Positions 41,592 to 54,690 of a stretch of 64,000 nucleotides of DNA are shown one piece after another. Numbering within the stretch: position 1 is the stretch's first letter; the number at the start of each line of letters is the position of its first letter. The stretch comes from an uncultured delta proteobacterium (GTDB lineage: Bacteria; Myxococcota_A; Polyangia; Palsa-1104). The notes below the pieces were generated by a model that had not been told where the DNA came from, ran no database searches, and saw nothing but the letters and a program-made list of their open reading frames with translations. The position numbers and the translations under genes are program-made. The stretch lies in NCBI GenBank assembly GCA_963785725.1, contig CAWAWS010000017.1, positions 32,001 to 96,000 of the forward strand, given 5' to 3'.

Positions 41592-42224
41592 CTAAGCCCC
41601 CGCGCCTTCCATGAAGAACCGAACGATCTCTTCGACCGGCAGATGCTCGGTGGCGAGCTCGCGCTGCTGTTGCCGCGCCGAGCGCAGCACGCCGATCAAG
41701 ATGGACGAGTAATAAGGCGCGAGCTCCGGCCGCAAGGCTTTCTGCTCGACGCCGCGCTCCATGATGACATCGAGCCGCTCGTACATGAGCCGCTTCATCT
41801 CCGCCGACGACGCCGCCGTTACCGGATACGCCGCGAGCCCGGTGCCCAGATCGCACTGATGCAAAATGTGATGAAAGCGGCGGTGCAGGTCGAGATAGCC
41901 GCCGATGTTGGTCATCAGCGCCAGCAGATCCTCGCGGAAGACGCCCGAGCTCGGCTGCGCCAGGAAGTCGTCGATCGCCTGGATCATGCCCATCCGTCGT
42001 TCGCGCATGAGCGCATCGAGCAGGGCGTCGCGGTCCTTGAAGTGGTTGTAGAGCGTGCCCACGGCGACGCCGGCCTTGGCCGCGATATCGTTCATGTGCG
42101 CGGCGTGTAACCCTTGGTCGGCAAAGACTTCTTCGGCGGCGTCGAGGATGGCCGCGCCGGTCGCTTCGCGGAGTCGAGAGCGCAGGCTCGACCCTTTCGC
42201 GTCAGAAGTTGAACGGCCATTCAT
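41592..42224 (-). CDS. TetR/AcrR-family regulator of the efflux operon
   Basis: ILDAAEEVFADQG..IAAKAGVAVGTLYNHFKDR. Confidence 0.93.
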   Translation of the reverse strand: MNGRSTSDAKGSSLRSRLREATGAAILDAAEEVFADQGLHAAHMNDIAAKAGVAVGTLYNHFKDRDALLDALMRERRMGMIQAIDDFLAQPSSGVFREDLLALMTNIGGYLDLHRRFHHILHQCDLGTGLAAYPVTAASSAEMKRLMYERLDVIMERGVEQKALRPELAPYYSSILIGVLRSARQQQRELATEHLPVEEIVRFFMEGAGA

Positions 42225-42260
42225 GATTTGCAGTATCGGTTCACGATTTGAATCTGTCAA
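42210..42260 (-). promoter_or_regulatory. sigma70 promoter and probable TetR operator
   Basis: TTGACA (42260-42255), 17 nt, GATACT (42237-42232), 7 nt, ATG; palindrome TGAACGGCCATTCA at 42210-42223. Confidence 0.7.
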
Positions 42261-42395
42261 GCAGGCGTTGAACGGTGATGTCAACCTGGTCGATAGATGC
42301 GCTATCGGTCGAGAAAGCGTCAAAAATTCGCGCCTGTCGGACGGCTCGTCTACAAGCGATCGTAGGGGGTTCGCCTGAACACGATCCGCTTCGCG

Positions 42396-44216
42396 ATGTG
42401 GCCGCTCTTGATTGTCGGGTCGGCCGGCTGCCTGTCGACGTCGGCGCGGCTCAAGCTCGCTCGGCTGCGCGAGCACGCGCATACGCCGGCGGCGGCGCGG
42501 GCGGGCGCGCTCGGCGACGAGCACGTCGCGGCGGCCGCGGCGCAGCCGCCGATCGACTGCAGCGACGTGAAGATTCGCGCCTACAACCGGCAGATCTGCT
42601 GCGCCAACGTCAAAGAGGTGCTGGCGCCGGCGAGCTTGGCGGACCTCGTCGACACGGTGAAGAAGACGGCGCCGGCGCCGTTACGGGTCGTCGGCAATTC
42701 GCACACGTCGAACGAGCAGATCTGCACCGACGGCTACGGCATCAGCCTCGCCAACTTCAACCAGATCCACGGCCTGCGCATTCACGACGGCGTCGAATAC
42801 GTCGAGGTCGACGCCGGCGTGCGCCTGTCCGACTTGAACCGCTGGCTCTACGAGCGCAATCGCTCGATCGGCTTCGTCACCATCGGCTTTCGCGGCATCA
42901 CCATCGGCGGCGGCGTCGCCACCGGCGCGCACGGCAGCTCGCTCGTGCATCCGTCGGTCATGAGCTCGCAGGTCGAATATCTGCAGATCGTCGACGGCAA
43001 AGGCGCGGTCCGCGAGTATCGCCGGCCGCGCGCGCCGCCGGTCGCGGCGCCGCTGGTGGCGCGCGTCGGCACGCTGGCGAGCGCCACGCCGCGCGCGACG
43101 CTGCCGGCCGCCGCGCCCGTCGCCGCCCTCGTCGAGCGCGGCGCCGCCGACGACTCCGACGTGGCCGGCGAGCGCTTCCGCGCGCTGGCGGCGTCGGTCG
43201 GCATGCTCGGCATCGTGACCAAGATCGGCCTGCGCACCGAGCCGCGCTTCAACCTCGACGTCAAGGTCGACTTCGCCGACAGCCACGCGCTCTTTGCCGA
43301 CGGCGTCGAGGCGCTCGTCGGCGGCTGCGATTGGGGGCAGCTCGTCTACTTACCGCGCGCCGACAAGGTCATGCGCGTGTGCGGCCAGAAGACGTCGAGC
43401 GAGCCGATGGCGCAGGCGAGCAACTCGTTGTTGGCGCCGCATGTCGACTTCTCGACCGATATCGGCGCGTTCAAAGAGCTGATGGAAGATACGATCGCCA
43501 ATGGCGCCTATTTCTGCGCGATCGAGAGCGAGCGCTATTCGCAGTTGAAGAGCTATCCGCCTTTTACGCGCGATTGCGGCTGCAAAACCAAATACGACAA
43601 ACACGTCATCGGCGCCGGCGACTTGATGATGTCGAGCGAGCTGACCCCTTATCACGCCGAGCTGCCGGAGATCGACTACGAGATCGCGATCCCCTTAGCG
43701 GAAGTGCCGGCGGCGTTGGCGCGCTTTCGCAATTACGTCCGCGATCAACGGTTGTGCATGCCGCTCATCGGCGCCTTCTTACGCTTTTCGCCCAGCGATG
43801 ACTCGACGTTGATCGCGCATTCGGTGACCGACGACGCGGCCTTCAAAGGGCAAAAGGTGATGTTCCTCGAGTTCGTCGCTTACGTGCTGCACCAAGGCGA
43901 AACGCCGGAAGAGCGCGCGCACCAAGAGCAGCACTATTACAAGCTGTATCGCGATTTGGGATTGCAGATCGTGCAGAACCATCATGGACGGCCGCATTGG
44001 GGAAAGAATCAATTACCGTTATTTCAGCTGCATAAAGAGATCGATCCCGCTTATGCGGCACGCCTGAAGAAGTTCCATTGTTGGGTGCGCGAGCTCGATC
44101 CCGACAATCGCTTCGCCAACGAGTTCTCGCGCACGATCGATCTGACGCCGCCGGGCGCGCGCTCGGAGTCGGAGCCGAGCGGCGCCGAATGCAGTCGCGC
44201 CTTACGGACCCAGTAA
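42396..44216 (+). CDS. FAD-linked aldonolactone oxidase family protein (GULO/ALO-like), probably exported
   Basis: RVVGNSHTSN, ITIGGGVATGAHGS, GMLGIVTK, GRPHWGK. Confidence 0.85.
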   Translation: MWPLLIVGSAGCLSTSARLKLARLREHAHTPAAARAGALGDEHVAAAAAQPPIDCSDVKIRAYNRQICCANVKEVLAPASLADLVDTVKKTAPAPLRVVGNSHTSNEQICTDGYGISLANFNQIHGLRIHDGVEYVEVDAGVRLSDLNRWLYERNRSIGFVTIGFRGITIGGGVATGAHGSSLVHPSVMSSQVEYLQIVDGKGAVREYRRPRAPPVAAPLVARVGTLASATPRATLPAAAPVAALVERGAADDSDVAGERFRALAASVGMLGIVTKIGLRTEPRFNLDVKVDFADSHALFADGVEALVGGCDWGQLVYLPRADKVMRVCGQKTSSEPMAQASNSLLAPHVDFSTDIGAFKELMEDTIANGAYFCAIESERYSQLKSYPPFTRDCGCKTKYDKHVIGAGDLMMSSELTPYHAELPEIDYEIAIPLAEVPAALARFRNYVRDQRLCMPLIGAFLRFSPSDDSTLIAHSVTDDAAFKGQKVMFLEFVAYVLHQGETPEERAHQEQHYYKLYRDLGLQIVQNHHGRPHWGKNQLPLFQLHKEIDPAYAARLKKFHCWVRELDPDNRFANEFSRTIDLTPPGARSESEPSGAECSRALRTQ

Positions 44217-45056
44217 GCCGCGCGGACCGGCGATGTCGCGATATCCGAGGCCGTGCCAGAGGTCGAGCTCCTTGGCGCGCAAGATCGGAAATGGATGAGT
44301 CCGATAGAGGTTGATGAGCACTTTGTAGGCGCGATTGAGGTTACTGCGATCGGCGTCTTCGTACTCGCGCGTCTGCCGCACGAACTCGCCGTAATCCATC
44401 TCTTCGTATAAACGGCGCGCGCCGCCCGCCAGCTTCATGAACGTGCGCAGGCAGGGCTCGATGTCCTGAACGCACAGCAAACCGGCGCGATCGGCGGTCA
44501 GCTCGGCTTTGCGGAACCAATCGTTGAGCGCGATGACCAAGCCTTGGCCGAGCAGCGAGCCGATGCCCAGCGTCACTTGACCGATGAGCGCCATGATGGC
44601 GGCGATATTCTTGGCCAGCACCGTATAGAGCACGTGATCGGCTTTGATGTGACCGAGCTCGTGGGCGATGACGAAGAAGCGCTCTTCGTCGTCGAGCATA
44701 TCGATCAAGCCCGAGGTCAACACGACGAACGGCCGCGTATGCCCGTACGTGAACGCGTTGGGCACCGGATCGAGCGTGACGTAGAGCTCGGGCTCGTCGA
44801 TGTCGAGGATCTTGCAACCCCACTGCAACGAGCGATACAGCCGCGGCAGCTGGCGCGGCCCGACGCGGACGTTGCCGGCCACGTTGTCCAAGTAATAGAG
44901 GCGCTCGAAGCCGTACTCCATGACCTTCGACACGACCGTGTCCAGGCCCGGCACCGAGCGCAGCGCCGCGGTGGCCGTGACGTCGTCGGGATGTTGGAAC
45001 GTGGAGGCTTGCAGACCGGGAAACGTGAGCAGCTTGCGCTTCTTGGCGTCGGCCAT
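44202..45056 (-). CDS. M48-family zinc metallopeptidase
   Basis: PNAFTYG, AHELGH, AELTADRAG, THP. Confidence 0.92.
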   Translation of the reverse strand: MADAKKRKLLTFPGLQASTFQHPDDVTATAALRSVPGLDTVVSKVMEYGFERLYYLDNVAGNVRVGPRQLPRLYRSLQWGCKILDIDEPELYVTLDPVPNAFTYGHTRPFVVLTSGLIDMLDDEERFFVIAHELGHIKADHVLYTVLAKNIAAIMALIGQVTLGIGSLLGQGLVIALNDWFRKAELTADRAGLLCVQDIEPCLRTFMKLAGGARRLYEEMDYGEFVRQTREYEDADRSNLNRAYKVLINLYRTHPFPILRAKELDLWHGLGYRDIAGPRGLLGP

Positions 45057-45201
45057 GTCCGCAGCATCGCACGTCGAAACGGCGGTTTGGCGCCGTCGAT
45101 GAATTTTTTGGGGAAGATTCGCCGGCTGTGACGTCAGTCGGGCGGGAGTGGTGTGCTTGTTGACCCCAGCGACGGCGTATGACAGCGTTTGGCTCTTGTC
45201 G

Positions 45202-45723
45202 GTGCCCGACCGTGACGCGAGCCGTCGCTTGGACGCGCTGGTGCGCGAGCACCAAGACGCGCTCTACGCTTTCGCGCTGAAGCTCTGCGGTGAGGCGAAC
45301 GATGCGCGCGATCTGGTCCAAGACGTCTACGAACGAGTGCTGCGCGCCGACCAGTCGCAGCCGCGCGAGAACGAGCGCGCTTGGATGTTTACCGTCCTGC
45401 ACCACCTCTTCGTCGATCGCTATCGCAAGAAAGCGCGCGGGCCGCGCCACAGCTCGCTCGACGACGTCGAAGTCGCGGCCGTCGAGCCGACGCCGCCGCC
45501 AGCCTGGGTCAATCTGACCGTGGACCAGGTGCGCGTCGCGTTGCGCTCGCTCGAGCCCGAGTTCGCCCAAGTCTACGAGCTGCATGCGTTACAAGGGCTG
45601 GGCTACGGGGCGATCGCGGAGCGGTTGGGGCTGCCGTCGAGCACGGTGGGCACGCGCATCATGCGCGCCCGCAAGAAGCTGCGCGCGCTGTTGGCCGCGC
45701 AAGTGAGCGGAGGCGACGCGTGA
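45202..45723 (+). CDS. ECF RNA polymerase sigma factor
   Basis: DARDLVQDVY, AWMFTV, IAERLGLPSSTVGTRIMRARKKL; start uncertain (45148-45202). Confidence 0.9.
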   Translation: MPDRDASRRLDALVREHQDALYAFALKLCGEANDARDLVQDVYERVLRADQSQPRENERAWMFTVLHHLFVDRYRKKARGPRHSSLDDVEVAAVEPTPPPAWVNLTVDQVRVALRSLEPEFAQVYELHALQGLGYGAIAERLGLPSSTVGTRIMRARKKLRALLAAQVSGGDA

Positions 45724-47381
45724 TCGTCAGCGACGTGCACGAGCTGGTGGATGCGTTCGCCGATGGCGAGCTGGAAGCCGAAGAGGCGGCGGCGTTTCGT
45801 GCCCATCTGCCGGATTGCGAGGCGTGCCAGCGCGAGCTGCACGAGCTCATGATGCTGGCGGCGGTCCAGCCGATCCACGCCGCCGCGCTGCACACGCAGG
45901 CGCCGGCCGCGGCGACGACGACGCCCGCGGCGGCGGCGACGACGCCGCCCGCGGCCGCGAAGCCGGCGGACGGCGGCGGCGCGCCGGTGATCGTGCTGGC
46001 GTCACGGCGGCGGCGGACGTTCACGGCGACGTTGTCGGCGCTGGCGGTGGCGGCGGCGCTGGTCGTCGGCTGGCGCGTGACGCGGCCGGCTCCCATCGTG
46101 CTCGCGAGCGCGGAGACCCGGCCGCTGGAAGCGCGCCTGTCCTACGGCAACGCCGAGCGTTATCGGCCGTACGAAGTCATGCGCGCGATGGGTCCGGTGC
46201 GCGAGGAAGTGCCGATCACGACGCTGGCGCAGCTCGAGCACGACCACGACCTGCACGGCCTCGGTGTCGGCTACCTGCTCGGCGGCGACGGCGCCCGCGC
46301 GGCCGAGGCGCTGGCCGGCGCCGGCGATTCGGCGGCGGTGCAGAGCGACCGCGCGGCGCTGGCGCTGCAGCAGCACGACGCGCTGGCGGCGCTGGCGGCA
46401 GCGGACGCGGCGTTGCGCGCGCAGCCGGGGCAGCCGGAGGCGTCGTGGAATCGCGCGCTGGCGCTGCGCGACTTGGGCTTGCCGTTGACGGCGGCGCAGA
46501 CGTTCGATGCCGTCGCGGCGCACAACGAGACCGGCTGGGCCGACGAGGCGCGGCGACGCGCGTCGGCGCTGCGTGCGGCCGAGGCCGAGCGCGAGCGGGC
46601 CTATCGCGCGGCGGCGGCGGCGGGCAAGGCGATGATCGCGTCGGGCGCGGCGCCGCCGAGCGACGTCGTGCGCGCGTTCACCGGGCTCATGCGGCGCGAT
46701 CTGTACGAGGCGGCGCGCACGTCGCCCACGCGCGCGCGCTCGCTGCAGCTCTTGCCGGTGGCCGATGCCGTCGACAGCGCCCGCGCGTTGACCGAGCGGC
46801 TGCGCGCGGCGGCCGCGGACGCGCCGCGACGGGCGGCGCTGGCGGCGACCTACGCGCGGCTGCAGGCCAACCCGGCGTCGCTGCGCCCGGCCGAAGCCGA
46901 CGCGTTCTTGGCGGCGCTGGCCAAGGCGGGCGCCGACGATCTGCGGCTGGGCGCGCTGGTCCTGTTGGGCCGCGTGGCGACGTCGCGCGCCGAAGTGCGC
47001 CGCATCGCCGTCTCCCAAGGTGACCCGTGGTGGCTGAGCTTGGCCGATGAGGCGGACGCCGAAGCCGCGCTGACGGCGGGCGACGCGGCCGGCGCCGAGC
47101 GGCTGCTCGCCGAGGCCGATCGCCGCTGCTTGGCGGCCGCCATCGATTTCCGCTGCGCGTCGCTGGAGCTGACGTTGGCCGACGCGCAGCTGCGCCAGCG
47201 ACGACTGCCGGAAGCGCGGGCGACGGCGCTGGCGGGCCTGGCGCGCGCCCGAGCGGCGGGCGTCGATCCGCGCGATCTCGAGCGCCGTTTCATGCTGCTG
47301 TTGGCGGAGGTCGCGCGCGCCGGCGGTCAGCCGGGGCTGGCGGCGGCCTACGTGGCCGAAGCTCGGCTGCGGATGCCGTAA
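45720..47381 (+). CDS. zf-HC2 anti-sigma factor with TM helix and TPR-like C-terminal region
   Basis: GTGA overlap; FADGEL..HLPDCEAC; TM segment; EASWNRALAL. Confidence 0.8.
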   Translation: MIVSDVHELVDAFADGELEAEEAAAFRAHLPDCEACQRELHELMMLAAVQPIHAAALHTQAPAAATTTPAAAATTPPAAAKPADGGGAPVIVLASRRRRTFTATLSALAVAAALVVGWRVTRPAPIVLASAETRPLEARLSYGNAERYRPYEVMRAMGPVREEVPITTLAQLEHDHDLHGLGVGYLLGGDGARAAEALAGAGDSAAVQSDRAALALQQHDALAALAAADAALRAQPGQPEASWNRALALRDLGLPLTAAQTFDAVAAHNETGWADEARRRASALRAAEAERERAYRAAAAAGKAMIASGAAPPSDVVRAFTGLMRRDLYEAARTSPTRARSLQLLPVADAVDSARALTERLRAAAADAPRRAALAATYARLQANPASLRPAEADAFLAALAKAGADDLRLGALVLLGRVATSRAEVRRIAVSQGDPWWLSLADEADAEAALTAGDAAGAERLLAEADRRCLAAAIDFRCASLELTLADAQLRQRRLPEARATALAGLARARAAGVDPRDLERRFMLLLAEVARAGGQPGLAAAYVAEARLRMP

Positions 47382-47399
47382 CGCGCGTCGCGCCCGGGC

Positions 47400-48107
47400 T
47401 TACGGCAGCCGCTTCGTCGTCACGTCGGCGGCGCGCTTGACCCACATGATGCTGGCCGCGAACTGCGACCGAAGCTGCGCCGGCGCGCCGTCGCTGCCGT
47501 AGGTCAGCTCCATGTCGGCGCGGTCGGCCAGCTTCACGAACCGGCTCGCCGGCTGCATCGTCGCCGAGCGCTTCTTGCCGCTCGCCTCGTCGACGACGAC
47601 GTCGATCGCCGTCACCGCTGCGTCGCGGTGAATCTTGCAGCGCAGCAGATAGCCGCCGTCCGCCACCGGTCCAATCGGCTGCACGTCGACGTCGCCCGCG
47701 CTCAGCGGCGTCAACGCCACCGTCAACGCCTCGGCCTGCTGCGGCGGCTTGGCCGGCGCGCCCGTCGCCTTGCGCAGCGCCGCCTCGCCGAGCGCCTGCC
47801 CGTCGAAGCGACCCCACACGAAGTCGTTGCGCACGCTGCCGTCGCTGCCGATCGACAAGCGGCGCAGCGCGTCCATCGTATGCGACGCGTTGCCCTCGCG
47901 AATCGTGCCGTGCGACTGCATTTGCAGCGTCGTGCCCGCCAGCGCCCGCAGCTGCGTGCGCTCGGCGGCGCGGGCGCGCGTCAACACGTCGTCGCCGTGG
48001 CCATCGGCGAACGCCGCCGGTTCGACGCCCGATAGGACGACCGCTCCGACGAGAAAACCAGCGATGACGATAGAGAAGCGACGCACGAGCAGTCCGTTGC
48101 GTACCAT
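47400..48107 (-). CDS. exported hypothetical protein
   Basis: Hydrophobic signal (…PAAFA-D), beta-rich body; start uncertain. Confidence 0.55.
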   Translation of the reverse strand: MVRNGLLVRRFSIVIAGFLVGAVVLSGVEPAAFADGHGDDVLTRARAAERTQLRALAGTTLQMQSHGTIREGNASHTMDALRRLSIGSDGSVRNDFVWGRFDGQALGEAALRKATGAPAKPPQQAEALTVALTPLSAGDVDVQPIGPVADGGYLLRCKIHRDAAVTAIDVVVDEASGKKRSATMQPASRFVKLADRADMELTYGSDGAPAQLRSQFAASIMWVKRAADVTTKRLP

Positions 48108-48152
48108 GCGAGCCGGCAGCAATCGGCGAGGCGGCTCACATTTATGGCGCGG

Positions 48153-48689
48153 CTACTGCTTCGGGAACGACTGGCGATAGCGCGTCACGCCCTCGCGAAT
48201 CAGCCCCAGCGCCTGCTCGCGCGACAGCGTCTCGCCGACGGCGACCGGCTTGCCTTCGAGCACCTTGTAATCCTCGAAGAAGCGGCGAATTTCCAGCATC
48301 GTATGCGTCGGCAGCTCGTCCAGATCCGTATACTCGCGCACCGCCGGATCGTTGACGTGCACGGCGATGATCTTCGTGTCGACGCCGTGCTCGTCGCGCA
48401 TCTCGAACGCGCCGATGGCCCGCGCGTCGACGAGCGCCAGCGGCACGATCGGCTCCTGACCGAGCACGAGGACGTCCATCGGATCCTTGTCCTCGCCCAG
48501 CGTTTGCGGCACGAAGCCGTAGTTCGCCGGGTAATGCACGGCCGAGAAGAGCACGCGATCGACCTTCAGAAGCCCCGTCTTCAAGTCGATCTCGTATTTG
48601 TTCTTCGATCCTTGCGGGATCTCGATGACCACGGGAAAGCTACCGTCGACGGTGTCGGGCAGGTCGACGTCGTGCCAGGGGTGCGACAT
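48153..48689 (-). CDS. ppa: family I inorganic pyrophosphatase
   Basis: HPWHD, KNKYE, YPANYGFVP, DKDPMDVL, FFEDYK. Confidence 0.97.
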   Translation of the reverse strand: MSHPWHDVDLPDTVDGSFPVVIEIPQGSKNKYEIDLKTGLLKVDRVLFSAVHYPANYGFVPQTLGEDKDPMDVLVLGQEPIVPLALVDARAIGAFEMRDEHGVDTKIIAVHVNDPAVREYTDLDELPTHTMLEIRRFFEDYKVLEGKPVAVGETLSREQALGLIREGVTRYRQSFPKQ

Positions 48690-48703
48690 GCCGGAAGTCT
48701 ACG

Positions 48704-51349
<2,646 letters not shown>

Positions 51350-51380
51350 ACGACCACCCTAAGTCCGACAAATTACGGCG

Positions 51381-54300
51381 TCAACGGGCGTGCAGCCATT
51401 TCTCCACTTCGGCGGCGTCGCGCGCGTTGCCTTTGCCGCCTTTTTGCAGCGCCGCCAGTGCCGATTGTGCCAGTTGCGTCGCGCGCGCCGCATCGCCGCC
51501 GGAATCGTGCAGCGCTCGCGCCAGCGCGAACTGGGTATGCGCGAGGTCGATGGGATCGCCCGCCGCTTTGCGCAGCGGCAACGCTCGTTCCAGCGGCGGC
51601 AGCGCGCGCTCGGGCTGATGCTGCGCCAGCTCGGCCTCGCCAATCCCGGTCAGCCCCTCGCCGAGGTTGGGATCTTTCGGCCCCAGCGCCTTTTCCAGCA
51701 GCACCACGGCCCGTTTGTAGCGCGTCTCGGCTTCGGCCGGCTTGTGCTCGGCCATGAGCGCGTCGCCTTGTCCGTCGAGCGCCGCCGACAGCGACGGATG
51801 CTCGGCGCCGAGCTTGGCCTGCCAAATCGCCAGCGCGCGATCGAAGTCGGCCTGGGCCTCGAGCGGCTTGCCTTCGCGCAGCGCCACCGTGCCCAGACGA
51901 TAGAGGCCCGTCGCCACGTTGGGATGGTCGGGACCGAGCGCCTTTTGCCAAAGCGCCAGCGCGCGCTTGAACTGCGCCGTGGCCTCGGTCAGCCGGCCTT
52001 CGTCGACGAGCACGCCGCCCAAGTTCGAGGCCACCGTCGCCAGCTGCGGATGCTCGGGACCGAGCGCGCGCTCGTCGATCTCCTCGGCCTTCTCGTACTC
52101 GACGAGCGCCTCGGCGTTGTGACCGCTCGCGTGCAGCATCGTGCCCAAGTTCGTCCGCAAGCTGCCGATCATCGGATGCTCGGGGCCGACCGCCTTCATG
52201 GCCGCGTCGAGCGCGCGCCGATAGAGCGCGATCGCCTCGTCGCGACGATCGAGCTGCCCGAGCACGTCGGCGACGTCGCCCATCGCGCTCGCGATATGCG
52301 GATCGTCGCTGCGCATGACCTTTTGCCGCGTCGCCAACACGCGCTGGCTACGCTCCAGCGCCTCCTGATATTTCCCCTCTTCCATGTAGAGCGTCGCCAC
52401 TTTGGCGTCGAGATCGGCCTGCAAGACCTCGCGTCCGCCGAGCCGATCGATCTTCGCTTGCGCGTCGCGCGCGGCTTCGTGGGCTTCGGCGTATTTGCCG
52501 AGCCGCTCGCCGGCCACCCACACGAGGCCGTCGGCGGCGAGCGCGGCCACTTCGTCCGAGCGGCCGGCCTCCGCGGCCACGACGGCGTCACGATAGTCGC
52601 GCGCCGCGCCCGGGTAGTCGCCGGACGAGTCGAACAGCCGCGCCGACATGAGCAGCGCCTCGGCTTCGAGCGGACGCCAGCCGATCGTGCGCGCGTCGGC
52701 CAACACCGGCGACAGCCGCGCTTGCGCTTCGGCGTAGCGGCCGCCTTCCCACAGCGCGCGCACCGTCGCCAGCGTCTTGCGCGCGCCGTCGACGCGAGCG
52801 CGCGTGGCCGCGTCGGCGGGCGGACGCACCGGCGCGCGCAAGGCCTCGGCGTCGGCGCAGCCTTCGAGGCCGGGCAGCGCTTGCGCGGCCGAGGCGGCGC
52901 GCGTGACGACGTCGGCGTCGGCGGCGGCGAAGAGGTCGACCTGCGCGCGCAGATCGTCGAGGCGCTGCGACAGGCACTGCATGCGCAAGTCGAAGAGCTC
53001 GGCCGATTGCGTCGCGCGCACGTGCGTGGCCTCGCAGGCGTCGACGTGCATGGCGACCCACGAGCCGGCGTAACCGTCGAGCGCGCGGCTCACGGCGGCG
53101 AAGCTGTCGGCGGCGTACGGCAGCTTGGTGCGCGCGAACGCCGCTTGCACGGCCGCCTTGCGCGATCCGTCCCACACGTTGCGCAGCTCGGCGGCGGCGC
53201 CGTCGCAGCCCGGTCCGCGCAGGCCGCGAAACGTCGCCAAGCCGGCGGCGCCGATCATGAGCCCGACGGCGACGACGCTGCCGATGCGCCGGCGTCGCGC
53301 CGCCGGATCGCGCGCCAACGCCTCCAAGATCGCGTCCATCGACGGCCAGCGCTTGTCGGGATTGACCTCGAGGCCGCGCAGCACGATGGCGCGAATCCAC
53401 GCCGGCACGCGCGAGTCGTGCGGCGGCGACTTCACGCGTCCGGCGATGATGTTGCCCGACAGCTCGGCGTAGCTCTTGCCGTCGAAAGGGCGCTCGCCGT
53501 ACAGCGCCTGATAGAACGCGACGCAGAAGCTGAACTGATCGGTGCGCGCGTCGCAGCCGGCGCCTTGATGCTGCTCGGGCGCCATATACGGCGGCGTGCC
53601 GATGATGGAGCCGATCTGCGTCAGCGGTGTGTCGAGCAAAGTGCCGCCCGAGTTGCCCGAGCGCTCGGCCGGGCGCGGCGTCGTCGGCGCGTTGGGCTCG
53701 CGCGCCGGCGGCGCCGGCACGGGCCGCCGGTTCGTCGTCGGCGTCGGGGTCGGCGGCGACACCGGCAGGCTGCGCGCTTTGCCCGGCGTCGTTTCGTAGG
53801 ACCAGCTCTCGGGCGCGTCGCTGGGCGGGTCGGCCGGCACGTCGCGCACCGTTGGGTTGGCCGTGCGCGCCGGATCGTGCCAGCTGCGCTCGTCTTCGGC
53901 GAGCGAGCCGAGCTCGGCGTCGCCCGGGCCGTGATGCGCGGCGCGCGCCAGCCCGAAGTCGAGCACGCGCACGCGGCCGTCGTTGCCGATCATCAAGTTG
54001 GCGGGCTTGAAGTCGCGATGGACGAGGCCGACGCGATGGGCGGCCGCCAAGCCGCGTCCGGCGTCGCGAAAGACAGACAAGACCTCGCGCCAGCCGGGCT
54101 TGCGCTTCAGCCAGATGTCGCCGCTGAGCCCTTCGACGAGCTCCATCGCCAAGAAGACGCCGCTGTCGACGCGGCCGACGTCGAAGACGCTGACGACGTT
54201 GGGATGCGACAGCTGCGCCAGCGCCTGCGCTTCCCGCAAGAGCCGCGTCGCCAGCGTGTCCGACGGCGCGTCGCTGGTGGAGACGAGCTTGACGGCGACG

Positions 54301-54540
54301 TCGCGGCCCAAGTCGCCGTCGTGGGCGCGATAGACGATGCCCATGCCACCGGCGCCGAGCTCTTCGACGATTCTCGTAGCGCCCGAGCTTGGCGCCTTTG
54401 GCGAGCGTCGGCCGCAACAGCTTGCGACGTGTCCGCTTCTCGGCGGCGACGTCGACGGTGTCGCTGGTCGGCTCGTCCTTCTCGTCGCTGACGGCGATGG
54501 AACCCTCCTTGGGGGCGTGAATCCGTAGGCCCGTCATCAT
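51381..54540 (-). CDS. membrane Ser/Thr kinase with C-terminal TPR array (1-bp insertion near 54372)
   Basis: LGRYE/IVEELGAGGMG joined across frames; HRDFKPAN, DFG, GTPPYMAPE; TM; repeated LGP(E/D)HP TPRs; start uncertain. Confidence 0.88.
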
Positions 54541-54690
54541 CGTAACCGGGGCTGTGCCGGAGGTGCTAGCACAATAGGAAGCGCAGTCGAATCGTGTAGT
54601 TGTAGATGCGAGCAACGGCTCCGTGAACTACACGCGAAATGGCGGCGGCGATCCGGGCGCCGTCGCAAATGCGCTGTACTTTGGAAAGCC

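Noticed and set aside
51700..52330. Periodic repeats suggesting a CRISPR-like array
   Set aside because: They are in-frame TPR coding repeats (LGP(E/D)HP); no repeat-spacer array or cas gene was seen in the window
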